A stretch of 64,000 bases of DNA from Antedon mediterranea (taxonomy: Eukaryota > Animalia > Echinodermata), in NCBI RefSeq assembly GCF_964355755.1, contig NC_092677.1, positions 28,321,175 to 28,385,174 of the forward strand, given 5' to 3'. The first letter of the stretch is position 1. Each line of letters opens with the position of its first letter. The notes under the pieces are model-generated. The model was not told the DNA's origin, made no database searches, and saw only the letters and a list, made by a program, of their open reading frames with translations. This document shows positions 1-15,200 of this stretch, one piece after another. A program made the position numbers and the translations under genes.

Positions 1-112
1 GACATTGAACATAATGCCATGGTTACTCCATGATTAATGACATTGAACATAATGCCATGGTTACTCCATGATAATGACATTGAACATAATGCCATGGTTA
101 CTCCATGATAAT
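1..112. repeat. 37-bp minisatellite, 3 copies, truncated by the window edge
   Basis: Unit gacattgaacataatgccatggttactccatgataat. Confidence 0.9.
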
Positions 113-277
113 GCTGACAATAACATTCTAGTATTATCATGTTACTAATATTTTAATAATGTTGATGGCAGTACTAACCTCTCCTTTAAGACACACCTCA
201 GTGTATTCAGGGGAAACCCTTATTGACAGGGGTTCCACTGTATAAATACCATTGACGATTTTTGTTTTCTAATGTAG

Positions 278-3200
278 ATTCGTAGACCCGTTGGAACCGT
301 ATTTGAAATTATCCTACCACTGTTATTTACTGCGTTGCTGTTACTTGCAAAGTAAGCAATTCACATTCAATTATTATTTATAACAAATAGGCCTATGTTA
401 TATTCAAAATAAAGCCTTATTGGAGCATAACAAATATTAATAAAAATGTAACTAAATCAGCATTGGTAACAATAATTTTTGTTATTGAATCTTACTTTAA
501 ATTAATTAGTGACCCGGTTATCGGATCTTTTCTCTTCCTTTGGATCAATTAGAGATTATTGCGTCAGTGAAATTCCTTCCGAGAAATAGTTATCGGGTAC
601 ATCCTGGTTTGTACAGAAAATCCTGGATAAACCACTTGGCTCTATTCTGGCACAAGTGTGTCCAATCATGATTCATCAATTAATATTATTTGGTCTAAAA
701 GTTGTCTGTGATTAGAGGAAAGGTCTGCACAATTCCACATGGCGTTGTAACGAAAGTAGGCTTACTATTTATATTGCGGTCGCATAACATTCTTTTTATT
801 GAGATACAATATTTGCAAATCACTTGAAAGATTCATATCTGTAGTTTGCTTGTGAGCTATAAATGAAATGAGAGTCTTACATAACTAAGTTACCGGTAAA
901 ATGTACCGGTTACCGGTAAATTTTACGATTACCTGTAAAAACAAAAACCACATCTGTAAACTATAAACCCCATAAGCTGTAATTATCACCTATTAGTATG
1001 TTCCCCCAATTGGCACTTGTTATTGTTGATGATGACAAAACATGTAGCAAAAAGCAGACTGGCAATTGCTATTGTTGATGATGACAAAACATGTAGCAAA
1101 AAGCAGACTGGCACTTGCTATTGTTGATGATGACAAAACATGTAGCAAGAAGCAGACTGGCACTTGTTATTGTTGATGACGACAAAACATGTAGCAAAAA
1201 GCAGACTGACATTTGTTATTGTTGATGACGACAAAACATGTAGCAAGAAGCAGACTGGCACTTGTTATTGTTGATGATGACAAAACATGTAGCAAGAAGC
1301 AGACTGGCACTTGTTATTGTTGATGATGACAAAACATGTAGCAAAAAGCAGACTGGCACTTGTTATTGTTGATGATGACAAAACATGTAGCAAGAAGCAG
1401 ACTGGCACTTATTGTTGATGATGACAAAACATGTAGCAAAAAGCAGACTGGCAATTGCTATTGTTGATGATGACAAAAACATGTAGCAAAAAGCAGACTG
1501 GCACTTGCTATTGTTGATGATGACAAAACATGTAGCAAGAAGCAGACTGGCACTTGTTATTGTTGATGACGACAAAACATGTAGCAAAAAGCAGACTGGC
1601 ACTTGTTATTGTTGATGACGACAAAACATGTAGCAACAAGCAGACTGGCACTTGTTATTGTTGATGATGACAAAAAATGTAGCAAAAAGCTGACTGGCAC
1701 TTGTTATTGTTGATGATGACAAAACATGTAGCAAAAAGCAGACATGGTATTTCACAGTTTGATTTATTCGGCTTTACTCGTAGGCATCTACATCGGATAT
1801 CAAAATTCATAAATAAAAAATGAAACGTGCATCTCCATTATAATATTTGCATTAGGTTATACCATGGACCTATACAATAATTAATGTATACTATAGGTCC
1901 ACGGTTATACAAATTACAAAGAAATCAGAATTATAGAGTGTAGGCCTATTTAAACATGTTGAAATAGTGGAATATTTTAATTAATAATGTATTCAATCTT
2001 ATTAATTATTCATTTCAGAGGCCTCACTAATTCTACCGACAATTGCTTTAGTAAGTGAATTAATTAAATCAAATGTTATCATTGTTTTGTGTGTTCACTT
2101 TTCAAAAAATGAAACTATCTTTTTTCAGTAGGCCTATATACCGTATATATTTACTATAATTATGGCAACATATCTCATATTATCATGTTCTATTTTTTAG
2201 GTACGTTTTCACCTGGTTACTCGGACGATGCCATTTTATCGTTATTCACACAGGACACTTTAGCAAACATATCGTCTTTTGATGATCCTAATTTATGTGA
2301 AACGTATAGTTGCCGAAAACTTACATATTTTCCACAAAATGAATTAAGTAAGTAGACAAACATAATTATTATAATTTTAGGTCTGGATAATAAACTTTTA
2401 CTAGTCGTGTACATTAAAAATAAAAATAGTCCACGATTCTTAATACCAGAGAAAAACATGGTAGTTTTCAAATAGCATTGATGGTGTGAATAATAGTAGG
2501 TGAAAGGTGCTCCATACCGGTTGATTACTCCAATAGAAATTACTTCTATAGTGAATGTAAATGGATATATGCTCTAAGACTGTACATATAGTACGAGATC
2601 AACATGGTAAACAAAAGGACATAGCTTACAGCCATCGATCAATAGCACTATTCATCCACGAGGTTGATGAATTCAGGTCATATATTATACAATATTTATT
2701 GCAAATATGTATTAATAATTTAATTTGCGGTCAGTGATTGGTCACTAGTCCTAGCGTAAGTTAGGCCTACGTATTTGATGGCTGATGCTTTGCGGTCAGT
2801 GATTGGTCACTAGTCCTAGCGTAAGTTAGGCCTACGTATTTGATGGCTGATGCTTACCGTGGTCTAGTAGCTTGGTGACATTTTCAATCGTGTGTTCCTT
2901 GGTTTAATCTGGCTGACAATAATGAACGAATGAAAATTTTTTGAGTGCGCAACAATGACAAAATTGTGTACTATGTGCAATGGTGCAGTGAGTTATATTT
3001 GGGTGGTGGCTTTCAAATGTATAAGTTTGTTTCTGGTTCTTATGTCTACATTTATTTAGAAGCTGTTTCTTTTGTATACAAATTATATCACTTTTGATAC
3101 CTAAAGATAATTAACTTACATTCAAATCATACATGAGCGATGTTAACTTGATGTTATCTTTGTTTACACAAGCCTACGCTATTATGTCAACGACTGCCGC

Positions 3201-6200
3201 TTTGATCCAAGTGCCGCTTTCCAACCGTTCATTTACCAGTGAGGCTGAAATGGCTACTGCAGCTGCAGAGGACGAAGATGCATTCTATGGGGGTACATCT
3301 TCAATTATATTTATTTAAATCTCTTTAAAAATTAAATTAATAAACGTCATAATTATGCAGCAGCCCGTGTTAATTTATTTATTTTTTTATTTTATTTCAT
3401 CATCACCCTACAGTGACGATACGTCACCATTAACATGGTTTAAAGACATATCATATAATAAAATATGGACCTACATACACAAATCAACAAATAACAAGAC
3501 AACATTTAGATATTACTGACATTAGACAAAACCTTATGACGGAAACAAGCGAATACAAAAATATATCAACAGAACCATCAACACTTTTACATATCCATGA
3601 AATATAAAAGAACTTGACAAAATAAAAGCCAAATTTATGCAGTGTTCTTCAATATTCTTCTACCACTATCTTATAATATAATTAAATATATAGGTGTGAC
3701 TTAATTGATTTATTATTCCATACAATTAGCTGTGGTCTTTGAGTTCGATGGAGCCACTACTGAACTCCCAAAGAATATGGAATATAGTATTCGTTTATCT
3801 CACAATCTGGTTGACGATGAAACCTGGAACACGGAGCTGATTTACCCAGCATTTGAGGAGCCTGGACCACGTGATTACAAGTAACTAGACTTTTGATTTA
3901 ACTATTTATGGGGCTTTTAATTGCTTTGATCAGCTGTAGTAGGCTTTGAGGCTGCTTTGTTGTAAATCCATAAGTCCTATGTAGGTCTACCTTGCTATTG
4001 TCATTGCTGTTTTATTATTAAACATTCATAAATTATTTATTCAATCAATCAATTATCGTGCCTCAAAAGTAATTTCCAGCTTTTAATTATTAAAAAGTAT
4101 TATACAGTATTTAAAATGGATTACATTTTAAACTGTCTTTTTTTCTATCACAAATAGTCAGTACAGACAACGGTTCTTAATGGTCCAATATGGCGTAGAT
4201 CGAGTCATCCGACTTGCGCAATCTGCCACTTTTAACCCTGTCAAAGCTGCAAGTGTTACTCTACAAATGCAGGTATTTTAAAACAATTATGTAGTTGTAT
4301 GAACAGTATCAAAAGTAATGAATAACGAACATTAAACCCGCAGTGATTTATCAGTTATATTTTATCGTGCTGCATATGAACTTTGTTACGTAACGAATGT
4401 TCTAAAAAAAATGTACGTAGCAGTACTTCTAATCTAATTCTATTCTCTTTTCAGCAATTTCCATATCCACCATACAGGAGTGATCCGTTTATTTTAACCA
4501 TTCAATTTATCCTGCCTCTTCTCCTGATATTTGCATTCATCTACTCTGCTGGAACAATTGTTAAGGTTGGTTTGGATTTAACACAATAGTACAGATTATA
4601 ATGTTATGGTCAAACAAATAAAAAGTTACAACAAAATTAACATAATTCTTGGCCACTATGCTTTTACTATAATGAATTTGATTTGATAAATTAAAATAAC
4701 TTGCTCAAAAAAACAACGCAACTCTTTATTCCTTTCGAGTAGGGACACATTGTCAACCAAGTACCGTATTCTGTGTCTGAAATGTTTGCTGAAATTTACT
4801 AAGCCATGACAATCCGTATTTTTAATTTTAGTTTACAAAAGTTCAGTTGATACAAATATCACTATTTTATTTCAGGAACTTGTGATTGAGAAAGAGACAC
4901 GTTTAAAAGAAAGTATGAAAATGATGGGTTTGGCTAACTGGATCCACTGGCTGGCATGGTTTGTCAAAACCTATTCATTCCTCCTCATTTCAATCATACT
5001 CATCGTCATACTATTTAAGGTTTGTTTTATTCATTACTTCAAAACGTTCACTTATGGCGATATCCTTTTAAATAATCGAATTCATCGTTAAATGAATTTC
5101 GATAACTTTTTCCAAATGTTATATATTATTTCAGATTGAAAAAGTTTTTTTTTTTTGTGATTTAGGCTGGAAAAATATTTGAATACAGTAATGGCTTTAT
5201 TTTACTGTTGTATTTCATGTGTTGGGCATTTGCTAACACAATGTGGAATTTCATGATAAGCGTCTTTTTCTCAAGATCTCGACTTGGATTTATTTTTGGC
5301 TTACTTCTTTGGTATTTGAGTTATCTGCCTTTACAATTCTTGGATTACACTAAAACATCAGCGTAAGTACAAAACGCGTCCAGGTAGTATACACACAATT
5401 ACTATTTTTCCATTGAAGCATACCGTAGTGACTTTTTCAGTAGAATTGTCATGATAAAGAAACGGAATAAGAAGATAGGCCTAATGTAGAACAACCTTTT
5501 TTTCTCAATTCATCTTTGATTTTTCTGGTGTAATTTATACAAAAATAAATATCAAAAATCTTATTGTTTTAATTTACAGGAACCGAGTATTATAATTGCA
5601 TACAGTTTGCTAACACCTTGGATATAGTTGTTTGTATCTTTAATATGTTAACCACCAATAATTGTTGTAGGCTTACTTTGTCAATCATTAACTTAGAATA
5701 TTTTGCATTTTAGATCTCTGAAAACGTTTTCGAGTCTGCTACCTAACACAAACATGGGATTTGCCATGAACATAATATCACGGTTTGAGATCAGAGAAGA
5801 AGGCATTCAGTGGAGCAATTTTGGTGAAACTCCTTCTCCAGGAGATAGCTTTAACTTGGGCGTCTGCTTCCTCATGCTTATAGTTGATAGTATCATATTT
5901 TTCCTGATTATGTGGTGAGTTTTTTGTATTGATAAACATATCAATTGAGGGTTTTGACAACCTTAATAATTCAAAATGTATGACATTCATATCGATTTGT
6001 ATGTGTTTGTATATATTTTGTTATGTTGTAAAATAACATATATCAGATATTATTTTACATTTTGGATTTTCAATTCAATATACCTTATAACATTAAGCCA
6101 GCACTCACAGGCTACTGTAGCTAATGAAATTGGAACTGAAACTTTTTGTTATGATGTCTAAACACCTAAATCCAACTCATACATTGTAGCTAATGAAACT

Positions 6201-9200
6201 AAAACAAAAAGTGTTATGTTGCATTGTGGATGTTGATTTAATTTCAGGTATGTCGAACAAGTTTTCCCAGGAAAGTATGGTATTCCACAACCGATTTACT
6301 TCCCTTTCCAAAGATCCTACTGGTTTGGACCTTCTTTAAACGAAATCGATGTTTGCCGAAATGATGAAGGAGGGGTAAGAATATAATTAAGAATAAATAA
6401 ATATCAATAACTTTGATTTTTGCAGAAACTGAATATTAATTAGAAAATACAATTTAAATTAAATACATACATGTTTTATACTTCACAGTTTTCTATGGAT
6501 AGGATAATTAGCAAAAACCATGAAGAATCCCCAAATTTGGAAGTTGGTATTGATATTAAAAAACTGCGTAAAGTTTACCATGTAAGTATATTGCTTATTA
6601 TGTTAGGCTTGTTAGTTCATGGAGGAAATATACAGATGTATACATATATATGTGTATATTTCCTCCATGGTTAGTTTTAATATGTTTTATATTTTTTTCA
6701 TATCCTGAAAACATCCGGATTAAACATATGCAGATAATTGATTAATAGCGTAATAAACAAAACAGCAAAATGTTTATATTTTACTTAGAGTTCAGTTGGG
6801 AAAAAACTTGCTGTTGATGACCTCTCACTGAAGATGTACAAAGGTCAAATAACATCTCTTCTTGGTCACAACGGAGCTGGTAAAACTACTACAATGTCCA
6901 TATTGACCGGTTTATTTCCACCAACTTCAGGCTCAGCTACTATCAATGGCAAGAGTATTGTGACAGACATTCAATCTGTACGGTCAAGTCTCGGCTTATG
7001 TCCACAGCACAATGTCTTGTTTGATCGTCTGACGGTTAAAGAACATCTCGATTTCTTTATTAATCTAAAGGTAATCAACAATTAACTATTAGTAACCATT
7101 TATATTATACAGTCACGTGTCAATAACAAATCATTATTAACAAATTTGTGTTTTTTATTATAGGGTAAAAGTGGCCCAGAAGCCAATGCTGAAGTAAAGT
7201 CAATGATAGAAGACTTACAATTGGTTGACAAGACTAACACAGCATCCAGTTCACTGTCAGGTGGCATGAAACGAAAACTGAGGTAAACTTCTTCTCCATT
7301 TATCTACAAATTCGGATTCCAACTCTGATTTTATAGAAACGCAATTATTCCATTAAAAAAATCTATATATATATATATTTGTCACATATTCTGTATTTTA
7401 GTTGTGCGATTGCTTTGATTGGAGGATCAGAAGTTGTGATTCTAGATGAGCCTACCTCTGGCATGGATCCATATGCACGTCGCGCTACTTGGGATTTGTT
7501 ATTAAAGTACAAAGCAGGAAAGACCATGGTACTCACTACACACTTTATGTAAGTAATGTATACAATATTAATATGTACATAGTAAGGGTTTTCAAATGAA
7601 TATCCTCCGCAATTGTAAGCCTACATATTATATGTTATAAATACTGATTCTGATTGATTCTTTACTTTAGGGACGAGGCCGATTTGTTGGGAGATCGTAT
7701 TGCCATCATGGCACACGGACAACTACTCTGCAGTGGCAGCTCTCACTTTCTTAAAAACCGATATGGAGTTGGTTATCACATGACACTGGTTAAGAATGAA
7801 AATTGCCAAGTTGATCAACTTACAAAAATTATTCAAGATTATGTACCTGGAAGTTATCTGGAGTCAAATATTGGTGCAGAGCTTGCTTATATTTTACCAG
7901 GGGACAGTACCTCGCAGTTTCAATCGCTTTTTGAAAATGTTGAAGGTACTGTATACTTTAGCCGATAATGTAGCATTATCATACACACCACCTGCTCTAA
8001 AAAAAACTATCCTATGTATATTATCTCTTTCTTTGTGTTATAGGACAGCGAACAAGTCTCGGTGTTGAAAGTTTCGGTGTGTCCATCACAACTTTAGAAG
8101 AAGTATTCATGAAAGTTGGTGAACAAGCAGAAGCAAAAGCAAATGGAACTGCCAACAATGACGATGATGAAGAAGCCGTTGCATCTACAACAATGCAGAA
8201 TATTCAGAAGGCAGCACAAACTGTAGATATTTCAAAACTGGAGATTAAAAGAGAAGGTATTGTGCACATTATTTATTATTTCTAGTTAAAATGTTAGTAA
8301 ACCATTTTTTAACAATCGTTTGTTTTAATTACTATAAACGTTTTATTTTCAGAATTGTTGACTGGGTTTGATTTAAAAGTTCAACAGTTTAAGGCCATGT
8401 TTCTGAAACGTTTCCTAAACAGCAGACGGGACAAAAAGGCCGTTCTTCTTCAACTTTTCTTTCCATTGATGTTTATTTTACTTGGGTTAATTATCATTTT
8501 AACTACCGGTGGCGCTGGTGGTGATGATGCTAAGTTAGAATTAAGTTTGAGCAAGTTAAACGAAGCTGAAAACGTTGACCATAAGGTGTATTATGCCGAC
8601 TTTACCACAAATGCTGCTGTTAGAGATGTACAGGTAATCATACTTCATTCTTAATTACCACAAATGCTGCTGCTGTTAGAGATGTACAGGTAATCATACT
8701 TAATGCTGCTGTTAGAGATGTACAGGTAATCATACTTAATGCTGCTGTTAGAGATGTACAGGTAATCATACTTAATGCTGCTGTTAGAGATGTACAGGTT
8801 ATCATACTTAATGCTGCTGTTAGAGATGTACAGGTAATCATACTTAATGCTGCTGTTAGAGATGTACAGGTAGTCATACTTAATGCTGCTGTTAGAGATG
8901 TACAGGTAATCATACTTAATGCTGCTGTTAGAGATGTACAGGTAATCATACTTAATGCTGCTGTTAGAGATGTACTGGTAGTCATACTTAATGCTGCTGT
9001 TAGAGATTTACAGGTAATCATACTTAATGCTGCTGCTGTTAGAGATGTACAGGTAATCATACTTCATTCTTAAAAGAATATAATGTTTCACAATATAGTG
9101 ATCGTCAAAAGGAAGAGTATCAGTTTCGAATGCTTGGTGTTTAGAACCTCAAAATTTTACCATTTTAAGCTTGTAGTGGCAGTAACTCTACATAGGAAAT

Positions 9201-12200
9201 GTTTTTGTTTTAATTTTTGTTACCTATAATTATTGTTTCAAGATTGATAATTGTTTTTCCACATTTGATGAATATAAATTACTCAATTTTTTTCAGAATT
9301 TCGACTATTTAGTAGGATTGAAGTTTAAGCAAAATGATGTTTTAAATGTTCGCAATGATGTCCAAACGATCATAGACATGAATAATGGAAAGGTCAAAGG
9401 TGAACCAGAACCAGTTCCTGTAACAGCAGAGTCATGTTGTCAATACAACTTTATTGTTCTCAACGACAATTGTGCTTCTTGGGTATGTCCGTATTCAAAA
9501 TAAAGCTAATTATTAAAAGCAAACCAAGTCTGTAAAAATGAGGGTTCACTTATCTTCGTAATTAATATTACTAAAATACCATACATTTCGACGTTAGACC
9601 TGTTTTCATTTTTCATCATCAATTTTTTTTTACAGCTAAACTCGGCATCAAGAGATGTGTGCGATGATGTTAACTCGGAATATTCATATACCAACTGCAA
9701 GTCTTGTGTAAACAACACTTAGTACGTATGCTTACGTTTGTTCACTTAACAAAAATGGTCGTTATACTTGAAAATGCTCCTTGATTTATTGTTTCAGTTG
9801 TGCACTATAGTAATGTTGTTTATTAATGCTAAAACTTGCATGCTTCCCAGATTTAGTTTTTTAAAGGATTTGGTTTTATTTTCTAGCTGGGATAGCACCG
9901 AGTGTCCGATTGGGGCACAAGTGAGTATTTTATCAGATCCAAATACTTACTTTCAAGAATATGTTTTGGAAAAAAATCCAGACGATATACCAGGGTTTTT
10001 TAACGAGTTGGTGGCAGGCTTTGTGACGGTAGACAATTCATTGGACACTGAGCTACTTGTTGCAAACATCCTCGCAGTCTCTAACAACAGCGCAGTTGTA
10101 AGTAATTCTTTAATGTTTCCTTTAACACAGGTTGAAACATATTCATATATAAACAATAAATGTCGTTTCTTCAATTTAACAAAAATAGAATGTACAAGTA
10201 GATAGACTCGTTGGCGGATTGCATTGATGAACTTGTACCCTAATCTATATTGTGACATAACTTGTTTTTTTTTCAGTCGAATGTGACATTTATTAAACAA
10301 TTAGCAAACTCTGATTTGGTAACTTCTGCTACAAATGTGACAAATGGAACTTTAATTACAGCATGGTATAGCAATGAGGTATTTTACAGCTTTAATATTT
10401 TTAACTAAAGTTGTATTATCACATTATTCAGCATCAAGTGTGAGTGTTCAAATCAAATAAAACGAATTTAAATTGAGATGATTTTGGGAGAAATGTCTTA
10501 TTTAATATTATCTTTTTTCAAATGACAGGCCTATCATACATCAGCACAAGTTCTTAATGCTGCTTCTAACATGATTCTGCAGGCTGTTACTAGTGATGAA
10601 TACAGCATTAAAACTTATAACTACCCACTGCCTAAAGATCTCACATCTCAGGTATTTGAACATTATGAAGTTAAAAATAAATATACATACCAAATACGGT
10701 ATCTACTTTAGTACTCTTTTCAATTGACAAATCGGATTTTCTCAAAGTTTGCGTCTGTCCAAAACATAGAAGCGTGACAATGTTTTGGCCACGTGCGGCT
10801 TATTCTTCACTTATCAGCTTCACGTATCCAATATTGTTGTGTAGGTGGATGACGCTTCATCGGGTGAGGATACATTTGGGCTTGCAATCTTAGTTGTCTT
10901 TGGTATGGCGTTTCTCACTGCTAGCTTTATTGGTTTCATTGTCGGAGAAAAGGAAAATAAGGTAATGATGAAAATAATTGATTTTACTCGTTTTTATTAA
11001 GGTGTTTGTTAATAGTTTTATAATATAAATATATCATCATCTATCTTACCAAACTAAAAACAAATATATTGTGTTTACAGGCGAAGCATCTTCAGTTCGT
11101 AAGTGGAGTTGATACTTTAAGTTACTGGGGAGCTACATTCGTATGGGATCTTTGCAATTTTGCTATAGTTTATGTATGTATCATCATCATATTTGCAGCG
11201 GTCAACTTGGATGCTTATGGTGGTGAAAACCTTGGGGCTGTTGCTGTGATCTTTGTAAGTTAATGAATTACTTTAATTTTAATAATGATAGAATATACAT
11301 TGAGAGATGGTTGCAAGTCATATTAAAGTCCATATTTCGAAATTATTAGCTTGCAACTCTTGAATTTAACATTTGTTCTTAAAAGACATTTTTTATATTT
11401 ATTCCTACATAAGTTATACAATGTTTTATTATTTGTAGTTATTATTTGGTTGGATGGCTATTCCATTTGTGTATAGCGCATCTTTTCTGTTCAAGACTCC
11501 AGTCAATGCCACAGCTCTCACTATATTCCTCCTTGCTATTCTTAGCATGGTAAGTAAACAATTATTGTATAACCTTAATATTCAAAACTGAACTGTAATG
11601 TTTATTCTATTTGAATTTGTTGATCACCGATTATTGAATATAACATTTGATATTGAATATAACATTTAATATTGAATATAACATTTGATATTGAATATAA
11701 CATTTGATATTGAATATAACATTTGATATTGAATATAACATTTGATATTGAATATAACATTTGATATTGAATATAACATTTGATATTGAATATAACATTT
11801 GATATTGAATATAACATTTGATATTGAATATAACATTTGATATTGAATATAACATTTGATATTGAATATAACATTTGATATTGAATATAACATTTGATAT
11901 TGAATATAACATTTGATATTGAATATAACATTTGATATTGAATATAACATTTGATATTGAATATAACATTTGATATTGAATATAACATTTGATATTGAAT
12001 ATAACATTTGATATTGAATATAACATTTGATATTGAATATAACATTTGATATTGAATATAACATTTGATATTGAATATAACATTTGATATTGAATATAAC
12101 ATTTGATATTGAATATAACATTTGATATTGAATATAACATTTGATATTGAATATAACATTTGATATTGAATATAACATTTGATATTGAATATAACATTTG

Positions 12201-15200
12201 ATATTGAATATAACATTTGATATTGAATATAACATTTGATATTGAATATAACATTTGATATTGAATATAACATTTGATATTGAATATAACATTTGATATT
12301 GAATATAACAATTAATATTGAATATAACATTTGATATTATACAGATATTGACTGCTTAGAGGTTAAATATAAGATTTGATATTAACAATTTAATATTGAC
12401 AATTAATATTGAATATAACATTTGATATTAACAATTAATATTGAATATAACATTTGATATTAACAATTAATATTGAATATAACATTTAATATTGACAATT
12501 AATATTGAATATAACATTTGATATTAACAATTTAATATTGACAATTAATATTGAATATAACATTTGATATTAACAATTTAATATTGACAATTAATATTGA
12601 ATATAAGATTTGATATTAACAATTTAATATTGACAATTAATATTGAATATAACATTTTATTTGATATTAACAATTTAATATTGACAATTAATATTGAATA
12701 TAACATTTGTCTAAAATTCTTTCTTTTTTATTATACAGTTTACGATTCTTACTGTTTTTATCTTGGGATTATTTGATGACGACATACCTGACGGTTTAGC
12801 TGACCAATTGGATTATATATTTTGCCTTATTCCAACACATTGCCTGGGTCAGGCTCTTATTACACTGGGCAATAATGATGCTATAAGGCGAGTGTGCACC
12901 ACGGACCAAGAGTAAGTTTGATACTCATACTCTAAGTAACAAGGCCATATACATGGCTGCAGTCGCCTGCTCAAGTTGCCTGCTCAAGTTGTTTACCGAC
13001 CGACCAACCGACCGACATAGTGAGCTGTAGAGTCGCGTTGCACGCTACTAAAAACTAAAAATCTACTTTCGTTGAACAAAAACATTATAAATAAAACGTT
13101 TGTGTGTAAATGAATATTTGTGACAATATGAGTTAAGAACATTGAACTTTTTTTAAACGTTGGTACCACTTTTTGGTTTGTTATAAAATATATGTTTAAA
13201 TCTGTATTTTTAAAATATGTTTCACAGTTCAATGATGACTTGTATAGACGGTGGTGTTAAATACGAAGACAACAACTTAGCCTGGGACAAGCCTGGTATT
13301 GGTACCTATTGTTTGTACATGTTCATAGCAGGAGTTGCCTTTATTATTCTTACATTGCTTATTGAGGTAATTTTGATCATTATGATTATATTTGGCTATG
13401 ACGTCTCATGGTTGATTCTCTTTCCTTATTATCTATATTATTTTTCTTTATTGTAGGTCAACTTTTTTATTCCTGCAAGATCCGCGTCAGTTTTAAAGAA
13501 TCACATTCCAAGTCCAGACGTAAGTTAACTTTCTTTAAAAAACAGCCATTAAGTCGCGTGCTACAATGCATAGTGATACCGGACCGACAGACAAACAGAC
13601 CGACAGACAGACGGACCGACCGACATAGTGAACTATACTGACCGAAATGTTTAAAAATGTTGAAATGTTTAAAAACATTTATATTTTACACGTGCGTAGC
13701 CTGTCACTTTTGACGTGCTCGTATAACGTAATTTCGAGTTGAAAAGTAAGTCAAGAAAACAGAAATCAGGCAAAAAGAGTGCGCAATAACATTTAACGCG
13801 CAGTGCGCGCGCAAAAATCTGCGCACTCATGGCAATTTTGTAAACGCTTAAAATTGCCTGAAACGTACTCTTATTTCATCGAAAATAAATTTTGAAAATT
13901 TTAAGCGCGCGTACGCATGCGTTACATGCGCTACGCACGTAATTGTATTGCCATATGTTGATTTATGCCCTGAAATTTATGAGTACCAAATTTTATTTAA
14001 TTGTGATTCATGGTTGTTAAGATATGATTACAAACGTGATTTCGTTAAATCGTGCGTAGACCGCGTAATTTTTTATTGCGCACCGTGAAAACATAACCAC
14101 ATCGATTCCTGGCCATAAGGAATATTCTGTGAAAAATTGACTTAGCTAGATTAAACTGATATCAAGATAAGGTCATAAAGCGATAAAACGCATAGTGATA
14201 CCGGACTGACAGACAGACAGACAGACCGACAGACAGACCGACAGACAGACACACAGACCGACCGACCGACATAGTGAACTATAGAGTCGCTTCCACGCGA
14301 CTAAAAACATGATAGATAACGTATAATGGATATTTCACGTGTTTCATTTTTGTTCGGTGAATGAAGTTTAAGTGATAGATTTTTGGCTAAATATTGAATC
14401 AATTCGATGCAACCTAACGGTATTTCCTATATCATTCGGTTCTTTTTATTACATTTTGTATTCTTGTTTTAGGAATCAGATGTTGCAGCTGAAAGACAGA
14501 AGGTTCTACAACTTGATCTTAGTCAGGATGATTCAGCTGTTGTACTAAAAAACCTCTCAAAGGTACAAATTCAGTTTTATTCTATAGCTTGTATATGTAT
14601 ATTTTTTAATTGTCTTCATCATAATTACAATTCGACGATATTATTTCAACAGGTGTATCCAAAGAAACCCGCACCGGCTGTGGATCAACTGTGTCTTGAG
14701 ATACCCAAAGGACAATGCTTTGGACTGCTTGGAGTTAATGGTATTTATATTTCAGCATCTTTTACTAGATGTTTCTTTACACTGTATTTTAACGATAGGC
14801 AGGTGATATAAATGTCATGTCATGCCTATGTTAAAAGATGTTTGTTATATTATCATTAGGTGCTGGCAAGACTACAACATTTGGAATGTTGACAGGTGAT
14901 CTGAGCATTACAGCAGGAACGGCTTACATGGATGGATTTGACATCCAAACACAGAGGAAACTTGTAAGTGTTGTTATAAGAAATTGGAGTATAAATAGAT
15001 TTGCATTAAAAATGAAGTGAAATACTGTAAGTATGATTTATTCACTTTGTATTTCATATTTTGTTACAGGTTCAGCAACGAATTGGTTACTGTCCACAGG
15101 TTAGTGTAACGTTTTAAATATAGAATGCATAGGGAAAAAACTGTGTATAAAATATAAATGAATTATTAAATGGATAATGTTAATCAAAGTGTTTGTTGTA

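Noticed and set aside
168-242. Possible Tc1/mariner-type MITE end (ggggttccactgta)
   Set aside because: Only one convincing terminus; no matching TIR or TSD pair.
1363-1602. Repetitive ORFs here and at 8638-9060, 34795-35046, 38913-39281, 40104-40391, 41363-41680 and 49144-49371
   Set aside because: All are readings of minisatellites.
11602-12330. Three long minus-strand ORFs of 208-242 aa ([19 protein letters not shown] repeats)
   Set aside because: Artefact of a 19-bp unit that lacks stops on that strand; intronic, with no other coding evidence.
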